Assembly (NCBI GenBank): GCA_039621445.1
Contig: CP154954.1
Coordinates: 10,125,521 to 10,189,520, forward strand
DNA: 64,000 bases
Direction: 5' to 3'
From: Euglena gracilis
Taxonomy: Eukaryota
Shown here: positions 12,231-25,200 of the stretch, one piece after another
Position numbering within the stretch: the stretch's first letter is position 1
Layout of the letters: every line of letters starts with the position of its first letter
The notes under the pieces: model-generated
Database searches by the model: none
Seen by the model: the letters and a program-made list of their open reading frames with translations, nothing else
Told to the model about the DNA's origin: nothing
Program-made: the position numbers and the translations under genes

Positions 12231-15200
12231 CCGACGAAGTCATTTTCCAGTGACATTTTCCTTATTTGCAGGCATTTCTGAGGCGATATTACAATCAACC
12301 TTTTTGTTCTCATTGGTTGCAGCAATTTCTGGGTGGATGTCCCCAGTCAGCACAGGCATGGTTGCAATTGCGGATAATTGCGGATAACACCGAATGGTGC
12401 CCCATGCTCTGATTATCGCCCTGATGACCACCTCTCAACAGCGATGCGAGGCTTGCAGCTGTCATTCAGTCTCCGCTAAGACCCCGTGCCCTGGTTGCTA
12501 TTGCCGTGCCCATGCCAGATGTAAACACCCCATCCGCTCATGACCCATGTCTTCATATCTGTTCGCTTCCCTTTTTGTTTGACAAGGTGTCTCTCGCATT
12601 CCAGGCAGGGCGTCACTGAAGCCAAAGGGCACCTCATCCCCGGGTGGGAGGGTCCACCAGCCAGCTGCCTTTTTCCAGCCTCGGACCCCCCTATCGACCG
12701 GTTTGTTGCAGTCCCAGAAGGAAGGCTGGATGGTGACGGATTATTTTGCTTTTGAGGGGCACATACGGACCAAAAAAACGCACAAAGATGAGCCGGCAAA
12801 AATGCTGACTAGCACAATATATGGGTCGAAAAGTCGACTTCTTTGCATACTTGGACAGGTTTTTTTTTTGCAGTTTCGACTTTTTTTTTCTACCCCTGCC
12901 CAGTTCGACCCCAGCAGCCTTTGTCCAGCCAGCCCAAATTTTTCAGCTGCACCCGGGGAGGGGGTCATCAGGCGACGCCCTGTTTCCAAATTTCTATTCT
13001 TGTAAGCTTCAGCTGCTTTGGCGATGCTTAGGTCTTCCTGCCTGCAATACTCCAACATGGCAGCTGTCAGAATGTGTCCAACTCCCAGGTGGAGGGGGGG
13101 TGGATGGGACCACCGGAATGCATTACCTCATCCCAGAGGTCGAACATATGTTATATTTGTGAAATGATAGGATACACTCAGTAAATGTTCAATTTCTGAC
13201 TAGCTTTTTTTTTAATCCGATCATTTCAGGACATTTTTAAACCTTTTCTTTCTTCTTTTGGGCATTTTCAAGCTCCTGGCGCCTTTTTTCCATCTGCTGG
13301 CTGGTTGGTCTGCATCTGATTGGCTGGTCTGACATCAGAGTTCGTTGGGGATGTGTTTTCCCTCTTTCCACATCTTGTGGTATTTCTCAAAATACGCACA
13401 CATGCGGGACACCCCAAATGAACACAAATTATTATTATAGATAAACAGCATATTGTCAGAATACATTTCTGATAACTAAACTGGAGCAGAATAGTCGAAG
13501 GAACAACTGATTTATTTTTTTATTCCTCTGATTTGTATTAGCCCTTCAGGTTTTACTTTGCAACTGGCCCATTAAACAGACCAATTTGGCCCCCTAAGGC
13601 CCCCCCCCGGCTTTCCCTTCAATCATGGCCTGGGCCAAGCGCCCATGGGACGTTCCCATGTGGCAAAGCTTTCGCCGATCTGGGCTCCCCTTCCCTCCAC
13701 TTGTCTGCGGACCCCAGGGTAATAACCCCCCCCCCCAAATAATGAGACCCGCCAAAAACGAGACCGTCCCAAAAATAAAGCCCCATCCCGGGGCTTTATC
13801 CTATCAACAGGGGGGGATTGATAGCCGCAATTTTCCCACAATTCCCTGAATTTTCCATAATTTCCCCGCAATTTTCGCAATTTTTCCACATGTTTTCGCA
13901 TTTTTTTCTGTTCCACAATGAGTTCCGGCCATTCTTTGAACGTTCCACAAGGAAACCGAGGTGATTTTTTTTGTTATTTTGTTGCAAATTTGTCGAAATT
14001 TCCAAAATTTACAAATTTTGACAAAATTTGGCGATTTCTGGGCCTTTTCAGGTTTTCCCCCGATTCCTGATGGAAAATAATTTCGAACTAGAAAACTCAG
14101 CATCCTAGATCAGATTTTACCTGAGACGAAACTTTTCGCAATTTTTGCCATTTTTGTATTTTTTTTCTTCACCAAAATGAATTCCATATTTCCAGAACCA
14201 GCCTATTCCCAAAATGCCAAAAGTCGTGGTTTTGGTCCTTTTTGGTGGAAAGATGTGAATCACGGCTCAAAACTTCCATCTATGTTGCAAAATGACCAAA
14301 TTTGTGAAAATTTTCTATGTACCCTCCAGCAGAAGTGTATTAACTCCCAAAACTGAATTTCCGCAATTTTCCGCAATTTTTTTGTGCAACTTTTCTGCAA
14401 TTCCCGCAATTTTTTTGGCAATTTTTTCTGCGATTTATCCGAAGGCCTCTGATAACAATTCCCCCCTAAAATTGAACAAAAAATTTAAAAAAATAAGACC
14501 CCCCCCCCAAATAGACCCCTGGTTCGAAGCGTCGGGAATTTAGGGTTTTACTCCAACAGTCCCCCATGTCTTGCTGGGATGTCTTTGGGCGTGGCGTCAG
14601 AGGAAAAATTCTCGCTTCTCTTGAAACCTTCTAAGGAGGGGGGGTGGGGTCTGGACACCCCCTCCCAACATTTGGGGGGGGGGACTACCACGTCACCCCC
14701 AGGGGGGTGGGTCCGGACCCCCCCGACCACCTAACTTGAACCGAAGGGCCTCCCATCTATCTCTGCCTGGGGGTCCATTTTGCTGGCCAATAGAAAAGGC
14801 TCCGGGACTACCGAACCCCCACCTCGCTCAGTTCTAGACACAAAAATCATGATGTTTCAAAAAATCCTAGGATTTTGAAGTGCAAAAAACCACCAATTTA
14901 CACATGGCACAAAGCACTGAAGGAAAACGTTTAGTGTCTTTGGGAACCTGAAAATTAATGATTATTTCGGGCCCCGGCTGGTCAAGAGAAAATCCAAATA
15001 TAAGATCGTCCTGGAGGTTCCAGCATCGGACCCGAAATGGGGGGGGGGTTACGTGAGTGTTGTACAGGGGGTGGTACCACCCCCTCCCATCAGTCTGAAC
15101 CGGGACTGCGGCCCCAGCGTCCGGGACCCCCCAGGTACCAAAATAACTTTTTTTGTTCTCCTGCGCTTTGCGCCGGAACACATGAATTTTTTCTTTACCT

Positions 15201-16419
15201 TTTAGCCTATTTTTAAAAAAAATATAGGAAAACGCGTTTTTTAGGCCTTCTTCATGTCCCAGATTTTCCTGCGCTTTGTTTTCCCCAGGAGGGAGCTCCA
15301 GACCCCCCCCCCCCTGCCCGCCCACTTTCTAACCTGGTCGACCCCCCTCCTGGTCAGAGATTAAAAAAAACTGTTTTAGCGACCGCCTCCGTGGTCCGAG
15401 ACGAACATTCATGGCCGTTGAACAGGGGTACGGGAGATTGTTCGGTGTTGAGAAAACGTCGAGGCCAGCCCAATGAGCAATGCAACCTCATTCTTGGTGA
15501 TCAGGCTTCTTCATAAGGATTCACAGTGCAACCCTGGGGGGGGGTCGACTGCAGCAAGTCCAAACTTGGTCTAACCCCCTGGGGGGTTCCACTTGCAGAC
15601 TAGGTGGTGGTTTTTTTTCAACAAGTGAGTGGCGCGAAGCACCGCAAACGTTTCATTTCACCCCAAAACCGCCAAAAATGCCCGTTTTGTATTTTTTTGG
15701 ATTTTTTTCTGCATCAAAACCAGCCGGGAAAAAAACACACCAAAAGCCCATTCCCACCTGGGCGAGCAGCCAGTTGGGGTGAGTTTTCCAGTTGGGGGAC
15801 CTGGGGTGGACAGGCAATCAAGGGCACTCCGGACCCCCTCCCCCCTGGGGTTGGTAAAAAACAGCCTGCTCCTAGGAGAAAGGGGTCCAGCTAGTGGCTT
15901 TTCTGGTGGCTAGTTTCCGGACTCCCTGGGATCCCAAGGCAAAGCCTGGCTCTCATAATGCAATAGGTGTGTGCGTGCGCGTTTATGTTTTGTGTGTGTT
16001 TGTGTGTTTGGTTTTTGATTACAGGTCTTGACCCCTCATTGCAAATTGTCCCATTATGCTGGTTTTTCGCATTGGCACTCCATTCGGCTGCATTGGCCCT
16101 GACACCTGCAATCTGACCAAGGGTTTCAAAATTTATTTTCGTTCCGCCTTGCTTGCTGGAGCATTGTAAGAGAACGCTTTCTTCCTTCCCACCCCATTTG
16201 TTGCACTGCGACCACTTTGACCCTGCCATGTTTTTGCCTATGGTAACAGAGGGTTCTTTGTTTGTGTGTCTGTGCAGTGTCAACTGAACTGCACTCCAAC
16301 CCTCCACTCCACTGGTGAGAGTGTGATAAAAACCTGCTTTTTGCTTGTTTTCTTGTTTGACTCCCTGTTTGTGCTTTGAGGTGCCCCCCCCCCATGCGTG
16401 ATGAAACCCCTTGCCCAAT

Positions 16420-16680
16420 GAACAAGGGTTCCGGACCTTCCAGTTTGTCTGCTTTTACAGCAATGCAAAATGCACTCACCCTCAAAGGATTTGCCCCTTT
16501 CGGACTCCCTGGATTTCATTTTGGTGTCCATTCGGCTTGGGGGGGGGTCCATGAAACATTACTGCAACGTAAAACCAACCTGCGTTTTATGGATTCCAGC
16601 CCATTTCGCATTCCCCATCGGAGAGTGGTCAGCCAACGATGGTGCGTCTGGCGTGAACCGGCACTGCTTGACGGGCCAAG
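16420..16680 (+). pseudogene. Degenerate RNase H domain of a non-LTR retrotransposon
   Basis: SAFTAMQNAL, then in another frame LSDSLDFIL...VLWIPAHFAFPIGEWSAND. This resembles the RNase H 'FxAE..A', 'SDS' and 'WIPAH.GI.GNE.AD' motifs in order. Confidence 0.45.
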
Positions 16681-19272
16681 ATTTCGGAAGTTTTGGCACA
16701 ATGCCGCTTTTGCGGCATAGCCCCCTTTCCAACCCATCATGGAACCATGGCAACCTGCTGAAGCGTCCCCCGCTGGCTGCATCACTTGTTGAACACAGGT
16801 TGCAATCTATTTTATTTGAGTTGGATTGGAAATTGCGATGGTCCATCTGAATGAGAATCTTACCTACAGCCAACCCCCTCCCCAAATATTATGCTCTCCC
16901 AACTTCATATTTTGGTGGGATTTCAAGATCCTCAGGGGGGTTTTTTCCATTTTGGGGGGCGAAGTCAACTTATCTGGGTGACTTACCAAGAATTCGTTGT
17001 AAATCCCAATTTCCCTCCAATGATGTGTGTTTTTCTGTCCAAAATGGATGATTTCTGGTTAAAATGGTTATATCCACCAAACATTTTCTGCTTACTCCTG
17101 AATGGCATATTGGCAGGCTTTGCGTTGGGGGGGTTATATTTGGGGGGTTTACAATATTTTTGTGTACGAGTTCCTGAATTTCTGGGACAAGGAAGGCGTT
17201 GGCTTTCAGTAATTGGAAGTAGAAATTTTGACTGATTCAACCTGTGTCCATGAACCAATCGCCCCCGCTGACACCTAATTGTACAGCTTCCCACGCTTTC
17301 CCCTGCTTCGGGCCCAGGCTTCTTCAGTTGTTCTGAAATGCGGAATTGATGAGTTTATTTTTTGAAGTCAAACCTGCTGGGTCACGAGGGTCATGTGCGG
17401 GTTTTGCGCACTTGTCGTAGTTTTTTGAACTTGGTAAGTGGAATCCAGACCGAACCTTGGTGTGCTTCGGGGTTAAAAGAATCACCAGAAGGCCCGGACT
17501 CTAATTCCGAAGAAGCCTCTCCTGATTCCTTTGGGAGTCGCTGCCCGGAAGCCGTGCGGAAAGCTGTTACGATTGAGGTGTGGAAGCGGCGCAAGCGGCA
17601 GGGAATCCTGCTTAGAGGTTGCCTCCATGGGCTGTTGACCACAGCTGCCTTTGCTTTTGGCTCTTGCTGGCGTTTCTATGGGTTTCCTCAGTTGGAATCA
17701 ACCCGTGTGCAGCACCTGCAGTTACAATGGCCGAAAATGGCCTTCAATGGCCAAAAACGGCCTAAAAAAGGGAAATATTCTGTTACACAAAATTTCTTTT
17801 CTGTGGACAAACTGAAGCCATCAGGTGACGATTTCTGTGTATGTGGATGGATGGCAAACGGTGGATTTGGGGGACGATGGTTGGGCAGCCTGCCCCTCAT
17901 ACAAACAAACAAACAAACAAATTTTATGCCCATTTGCGTGATACCAGCATTGATATCTGATCACATAAATTGCAACTAAGCAGCCACAACGAAAGTGGCC
18001 TAATAAGGCCTGAAATGGACTAAAATGGCCCAAAGCGAAAATAGTTCATTTTGCGGCTTTTTTTTGCATTTTTTTTTGTGATCCATTGAATGTTTTTGCC
18101 CATGTGTGGACCTTCATACACCTTCAATGACTTTAAGACCTCCTGAAAATGTGAAATGGCTTCAAACAGAATGAATGGCGCATATGCAGATGATTGTCTC
18201 TTCTGAGATGGTGGGGACCCCGTGCTGGTGGCTTCAACAAACTCTCCAGCAAGAACTTCAAACCGAGGCACCTGGATCATTCCTTAAAATTGAATTGAAA
18301 ACATAAGCAATTTCCCTTCCCTTCTATTTTTGATTTGCATGTTTGATTTGCACATTTGAGCATTTGAGCACGATGTATATGTTTTTTTTTCAATTTTTAA
18401 TTTTTCGAGTTGGAGAAATACAAGGTTTGGAATCAGCGCTCTCGCATTTCCTCGGAAATGGGTTTTGCATCCATCATTTTGCCCTTCCAGATGACATTTT
18501 GTCCACTTTCTCCAAAAAATTTTTTCTGAAGAAAACACCCAACGTTCAGAATTCCTCTACGGGGCTGGATTAAAATTTGTTGAGCTTCTTGTGGTTTCGA
18601 TCCAGCACCAATGACTTTTGCATGCTTTTTTGGATGCGCATTTGCTTATGAAGAAGCGAAACTTTGCACACAATAATGCAGTTTTTGGACAAAGCAACCC
18701 AAAATTATGATTTTCAGAACCCCCACCTATATTTAAAATGGCCTCAAATGGCCTTAAATGGCCTAAAATGGGCAAATTTTGTTTGGGAGAATGGCAAAGA
18801 TTCTGTTTTGTTCCTTGTCCAATAATCGGGAAGCGGTGAACCGGGCATTTCCCCCTGCATGGAAAAAAATTGCAAGCAAAAAAAGCGCTGTGAAGAAAAC
18901 CTCGGACTCAAACAGAGCCGCCATGGAGGCCTTTCAAACCCACGAGGATATGCACCTCCCGCAACGTGGGAACGGGCCTTTGACCAGTGTCTGAAGCACA
19001 ACGAGGTTCCCATAGAGATTCACTTTGGTTCCGATGGTTTTGCTTTCAGGAACACCTCCAATTGTCCAGCACATTTGGAAATGGAATCCCCCAGCCCACC
19101 AGCGCCGCGGGACCTTTCCCACCCCCCACCGTAACCCTCACTCTCCACTCATTTTTGAGGGCATTTTTTTTTTGGAGGTGTCCCCCTGAATTGGTCAAAA
19201 ATGTCCCAAAGGAGGGTTGTCGGCTTGCCTCCCCTCCTTCGCCGGAAAATTACCGCCGTGGGGCCCTCACCG

Positions 19273-22200
19273 TCACGTGCCCCCAGTCGGGTGCGGTGCC
19301 CCGGGTGCTTGTGCCGGCCCCTCACTCGTCCCCGCACGCGTGCTGCATTTCGCCTCGGTCACCTCCATCCCCAGGGCGGGACGCGCTGCCTGTTGCTCGG
19401 GTGTGGGGATGCCAGTTTTCAAAAAGGGACCATGGAAACTGAGGACCAGCCTCGGTAAGTCTCGTGGATTTAGTCTCCCCTTCTTAACCCCGGGTTTTCA
19501 CCTCGCAATTTCTTTTTTGACAATCAACAGAAAGGTTCAGGGTTCATTGGTTATGAAGGCGTCCATTGTTCTTTTTCCTCCATTTGACCACAGAGCCCCC
19601 TCCACCAGGCTTATGGTTGAGACAGCTTATTGTGTTATTTGTCATTTGCGGTTATAAGACCGCTGTTCTTCAAACTCGTTTTTTGTGTTGGTTTTTTTTA
19701 TTTTTAGTTTTGTTGTGCGTGCGTGCGCTGACATTGAGAGTTTTGCTTAGAAATGATTTCGACAGACTTTCCTGATTTGGAATCCAATTTTCAGCTCAGA
19801 CTTTTTCCGCCAGAAATCTAAAATTTCAAAACCTTATGTTCCTAATCATACAAACGTTCTGTTTTTGTTTCTTTTAGGTGGCCCAAACGTTCAGTCTGGA
19901 ACCAATTTTTGTATAATTATAATTTCCTGATTGATGCATCTCGTTTCTAGCTTATTTTTTTTTCTACAGCGAAATATACTGTAGACCATTTTGTGAATTT
20001 CTGATCCCCAAATCACCACCCCAAACGACAGAAGTATTTTTTTTGCATTCCCAACTCAGGCAAAATATTTTTTGATGTGAACTCGGGGAGTGGGATTGGA
20101 TTCCACCGTGGGTCGCCCAGTCTCCCTGTCGGGTTTCCAAGTGCCCTCCATGGCCCCGGAGATCTGTGAAATTTGACGGGGCGCCAGCGAAACTTTGTTG
20201 TATTTGACTTTTTTCCAATAAAAATGGTGCAACCGCGGCTCGTTTTTGGCGTCTCATTCTCCGCCGGCGCTGCCGGCCCACCCTGGCGGTCTCTCCCTCC
20301 CGCCGTCGTGCCTCTGCCACTTGGCCGGGACGCTCCCCCCCTCCGGTCTGCACCGCCAGCGCTGACAGCACCTCCAGCGAGCCGGGCCTTTCACACGCGC
20401 TCAGCCGCCGCGAGTCGCGCACTCTCGGGTGCCAAAGAGACCTTCCCTCCCCTGGACTGACCCCGTGTGGAAAGCCGTGCAAGACAACTGTTCACACGTC
20501 TCCGTCTTTTGCTCTTTGCCAGGAGCAGGCATTATTATTTTTAATGCATTTCCCCCCGAAATTTTAAGGCATTTTGAGGCATTTTTAATGGTTTTTTAAG
20601 GCATTTGAAGGCTTTTTAAGGCGCTGCTTTCCAGTGGTCCAAGGGCTATCCAACCAACGTTTTTTATTTTGAATGCTCTCCAAAATCAAAAAGTCCAAGG
20701 CACATTTTTTTTGAATTTTGATTGGACAGATAATGTTCCAGCGATGCCAGAAATCATTTTTCTTCCTGGAGTTGGCTCGTTTTTGGCGAGAGGCATTTGA
20801 AAGGCTTTTTTTTTTTTTTTTTTTTTTGGTTTTTTTTTGTTGGTTTTTTTTATGCGGCATTATGTATGTTTTTAATGCATTTCCCCCGAAATTTAAGGCT
20901 AGTTTGAGGCAGTTAATGGGGCGGGCCCGGGCAGTTTGAAGGCTGTTTTAAGGCGCTGGCTGCTTTCCAGTGGTATCCAACCAACGTTTTTTTTTTGAAT
21001 GATATTCTCTCCAAAATCAAAAAGTCCCAAGGCACATTTTTTTTGAATTTGATTGGACAGATAATGTGTTCCAGCGATGCCAGAAATCATTTTCTTATCT
21101 TCCTGGTTGGCGGGGGGCGGCCGGGGGAGTTGGCTCGAGAAAGTCTTGCCGCGTCGTTGGCGAGACTGCGCGGGAATTTGTGTTTGGTTGGAGAAAAACC
21201 AACCTGTCCAAATTGTTTAAGGCATTTTCAGGCATTTTCAAGGGTTTTAAGGCATTTTGGCAGAATTTTTTTCAGGCGCATTTTTCAGGCATTTTTAGGG
21301 TTTTAAGGCACCTTCAAAATGATAATGCCTGGGACAGGGCTGAGGTTGGACAAGGCCAGTCAGACGGGATCAATTAGACAGGAAACACCACAGCAAGTCC
21401 CGTGAAAAAAGCCGCCCAATGCAAGCCACCCGTTTATGAGTCACCCCCAAATCTCAGCAACCCGTTGGATGAATTTGGCCCGACACCTAAATGCAAGCAA
21501 CCCCCAAATAGAAGCAACGCCTAACTTGATGCCATGACGAAAATTTTCATGAAAATTGCATTGGGGCAACTGAAAGAAGCATTCCAAATTTGAGCGACCC
21601 CCAAATTTAAATCACCTTAAGCCCCTTTTCAGAAACACAAATATAAGTGACTGAATGGTTTTTTTTTCGGGGATTTAGCAATCAATTGAGCAGGCACTTT
21701 CCAAGATATACCTTGGCCCCCTTTTCTGAGACAGATGTGTCATTGGTACCCGTCTCAGGAATGCACTCAAAACATTGCTGTTTTTTGAACCAGGGGGTGT
21801 TTCCCTTGCTGGGTTAGGGGAGGGTTTCTCCCCCTGAACAACCCCCCCAGGCTTTTTGCCCCACTCCTCCTTACATGCATGCTTGTCCCCAAAGTAGACC
21901 CTCGCATAACTTGTGAGCTTGGACCCGCATTTCAACATTTTGGCTTATTTTCATCATGGCCTAAATTCTTAACATGCAAATTTGGCCGCTTAAGATTCAT
22001 CCCCCAGCCTTCCCTTCATTTGTGCCCAGGCAAAGCGCCGGGGGGGGGGGTATGTGAAGAAAACACTTCGTTTTGACAAGGGGGAGTGCATCCCTTTCCA
22101 CTGCGTTCTCTGCCTGGCAATGCTTCTGATATGCAAGTTGAACAATTTACAAAAGCAAAATATGCAACAAAAACTTAATTATTTAAAATTATACTTAATT

Positions 22201-25200
22201 TTTTTTTTGCATATTTTGCTTTTTCGACTTTTTTTTTCTGGGCACTCTACAAAATGAAGTTGCATAAAACATATTTTTAGACCAATTCCATATCAGCAGT
22301 GATTGCATCATACATACACACACACACACATACATACATACATGCATCCATCCATCCATCCATCCATCCATCCATCCATCCATCCATCCATCCATCCATC
22401 CATCCATCCATCCATCCATCCATCCATCCATCCATCCATCCATCCATCCATCCATCCATCCATCCATCCATCCATCCATCCATCCATCTATCCATCCATC
22501 CATCCATCCATCCGTGCCTGCATGCACGCATGCATACATACATACATACATACATACATACCTACCTACCTACCTACCTACCTACCTACCTACCTACCTA
22601 CCTACCTACCTACCTACCTACCTACCTACCTACCTACCTATCTACCTACCTACCTACCTACCTACCTACCTACCTACCTACCTACCTACCTACCTACCTA
22701 CCTACATACATACATACATACACACATACATACATACATACATACATACATACATACATACATACATACATACATACATACATACATACATACATACATA
22801 CATACATACATACATACATACAGACATACAGACATACATACATACATACATACATACATACATACATACATACATACATACATACATACATACATACATA
22901 CATACATACATACATACATACATACATACATACATACATACATACATACATACATACATACATACATACATCCATACATACGTACATACATACATACATC
23001 CATACATCCATACATACATACATACATACATACATACATACATACATACATACATACATACAGCATAAATATGAATGTATGTATATGTATATTTCTGGTA
23101 GAATCACTCTGTTTGGCCCCCTGGGGGGCAAGTAGGGGGTCGTAGAGAGTGGTCCGCACTCGGGGTGTTTTGTCACTAACGTCCTCTTCTCCGTCAAACA
23201 TATAGTTAAATTATTGAAAGTAAGAAGATTAAGATTATTTAAATAAGGTTTGAATTGCTTTTAAATAGCAGAACCAAATTAAACAAAAACAATGGGCCCA
23301 AACATACCTGCTATTGTTTGCGCAACTTTTCATGATCACATAGTTGTATGTCCTTTTTGGTGTCTGACGCAGCGAAACAAGCACCGCTTTTGTTGCCGGG
23401 TCCGCTCACAGGGCTTTTTGTTCCTGCAACGCGTGCTGATGACCGCCAGCAAAGCCAATGTGCCGCGGCCGCCCCAGCCCGCCGACCTCGAAGTCTGCCT
23501 GAGGGGCCCGGCTGCCAAGCAGGTGGCGACTTTAGGGGCCTGGTTCGGGTCCACCGCCTCAACTCCTGGTAACAACCTCACGTTGTCAGCATCACATTTC
23601 TGGCGCGGCATTTATGGGGCTTTTCCCGTGCAGTTTTTTTTCTTCCTTTTTACCCCAGTGAAGTACGAATTGTATGGTGCCTTAAGCAATGGTGCAAGGC
23701 GCCCCGCTGACAGCCTCCCTGCCCCCCCCGGTGACTCCAGGAGGTTGAAAGGTTGAAGAATTTGGATGAAAGATTTGCCTTCAAATTAAAACAAATTAAT
23801 GATCCAAAATGCTGGGAAATAAATTGCATTCCCCTCCCCCCAACACTGTGGACCCCCACCAAGCTCCTTTCGCTCTTCATCCTCCACACCCATCAGCGGG
23901 AGCACACAGCAATCAGCAACATTGGTTGGCCCAGTGACAAGAAGGTCACGAGGACGTGTTCAAAAAAAATCAACATATTTTGATCCAATTCCGCACGGAT
24001 GGATTTCCTTCCAAGAGTCGACGTTAACCAACCATCATATCTACACCATATGCCTGGTGCGGTGAGTGCATGAGGCTTCTTTTATTTTGATTAATATTAA
24101 TTTCTATTTATTTATTATTAATTTAATCAATTATTCATTAATTTTATAAATAAATTAATTGTTGCTTTTTCATTACAGAGTTTTTTTTGAGAATTCGATA
24201 TCTATGCTCAAGTATTGTACTATAACGAAAAATTACCCCAGCACGCACATATGTGGTCTATGCATCGCAGCCAGCAGCCAAAAAAATTTGACCAAAGCTG
24301 GGGGTGCCAGTGGTGAAATTCGGTTGGGAGATTTTTTCTTCTCATGAATATTTTTGGATTATTTGGCTTGTTTGTTTTACTTCCTTATTTGGCTCCTGCC
24401 CTCCCCCAGCGCATATCCCCCCTCAGGTTTTTGCTCCCCCTCCCTTTCGTGCCAATTTGCCCCCCATCCAATTGGCCGCCGGCCTCACCTTGCGATATAT
24501 TGGCCCCCTTTTTAGGCTTTTTGGCCTGGTTTGTCCCTCCCGACAAAACCCATATTGTTCTAATTTGGCCCCCTCCCAAGGTCCCCCCCCCCCCCCGCTT
24601 CACCTTCAGTCGTGGACAGGGGGAGGTACCTCATGACCCCAGGTTTCTGAGGGGGAAAGAAGTCTCCCCAGCCAGGTCCAGCCGTTGCCCGATGGGGGGG
24701 GGTCCCCCCATACGTCCTCCCCAGGGAGAGACATCGGCGGGTGGCCCTGCAGCAAGGACCTGTGCAGCGCTCCTGCCACCCAGCCCGTTTGACGCTCCGG
24801 GGCATAGATTCATTTAACGCCCATTTCACCCACTAGAGAATAATGGAAGTGAGTGGGTGGGTTGGGGCCTCTGGAACCCCCCCGGGGGTGGGGGTGCGCC
24901 ATGGGTCAGATTTTGGCCCGGCTGAAGCCCGGGCCAAAATTTTTTTCGGCTTTTTTTTTTTGGCTGGGTTTTGGGTGGGTGGGTGGTTGACCCTCCCCCC
25001 CCCCCCGGGGGAGGGTGTCGTGGGTGGGTGGGTGGGTGGGTTTTCGAAAGGTGGGTGGGTGGGGTTGGGCCCAGGGAAAAGTGTATATCCGGGGTGGGGC
25101 CACCAGGTGAATCCGGGGCTGTGGATCCGACCGCCGCCCCCGTGCGTGACCAGCCGAGACGAGGGCGCTTTAATTTGGTGTTCTCTGAGGTCGACACTTT

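Noticed and set aside
19432-19460. + strand ATG GAA ACT...CG|GTAAGT looking like a first exon
   Set aside because: No phase-consistent downstream + strand exons were found; the neighbouring GC-rich blocks splice coherently on the - strand.
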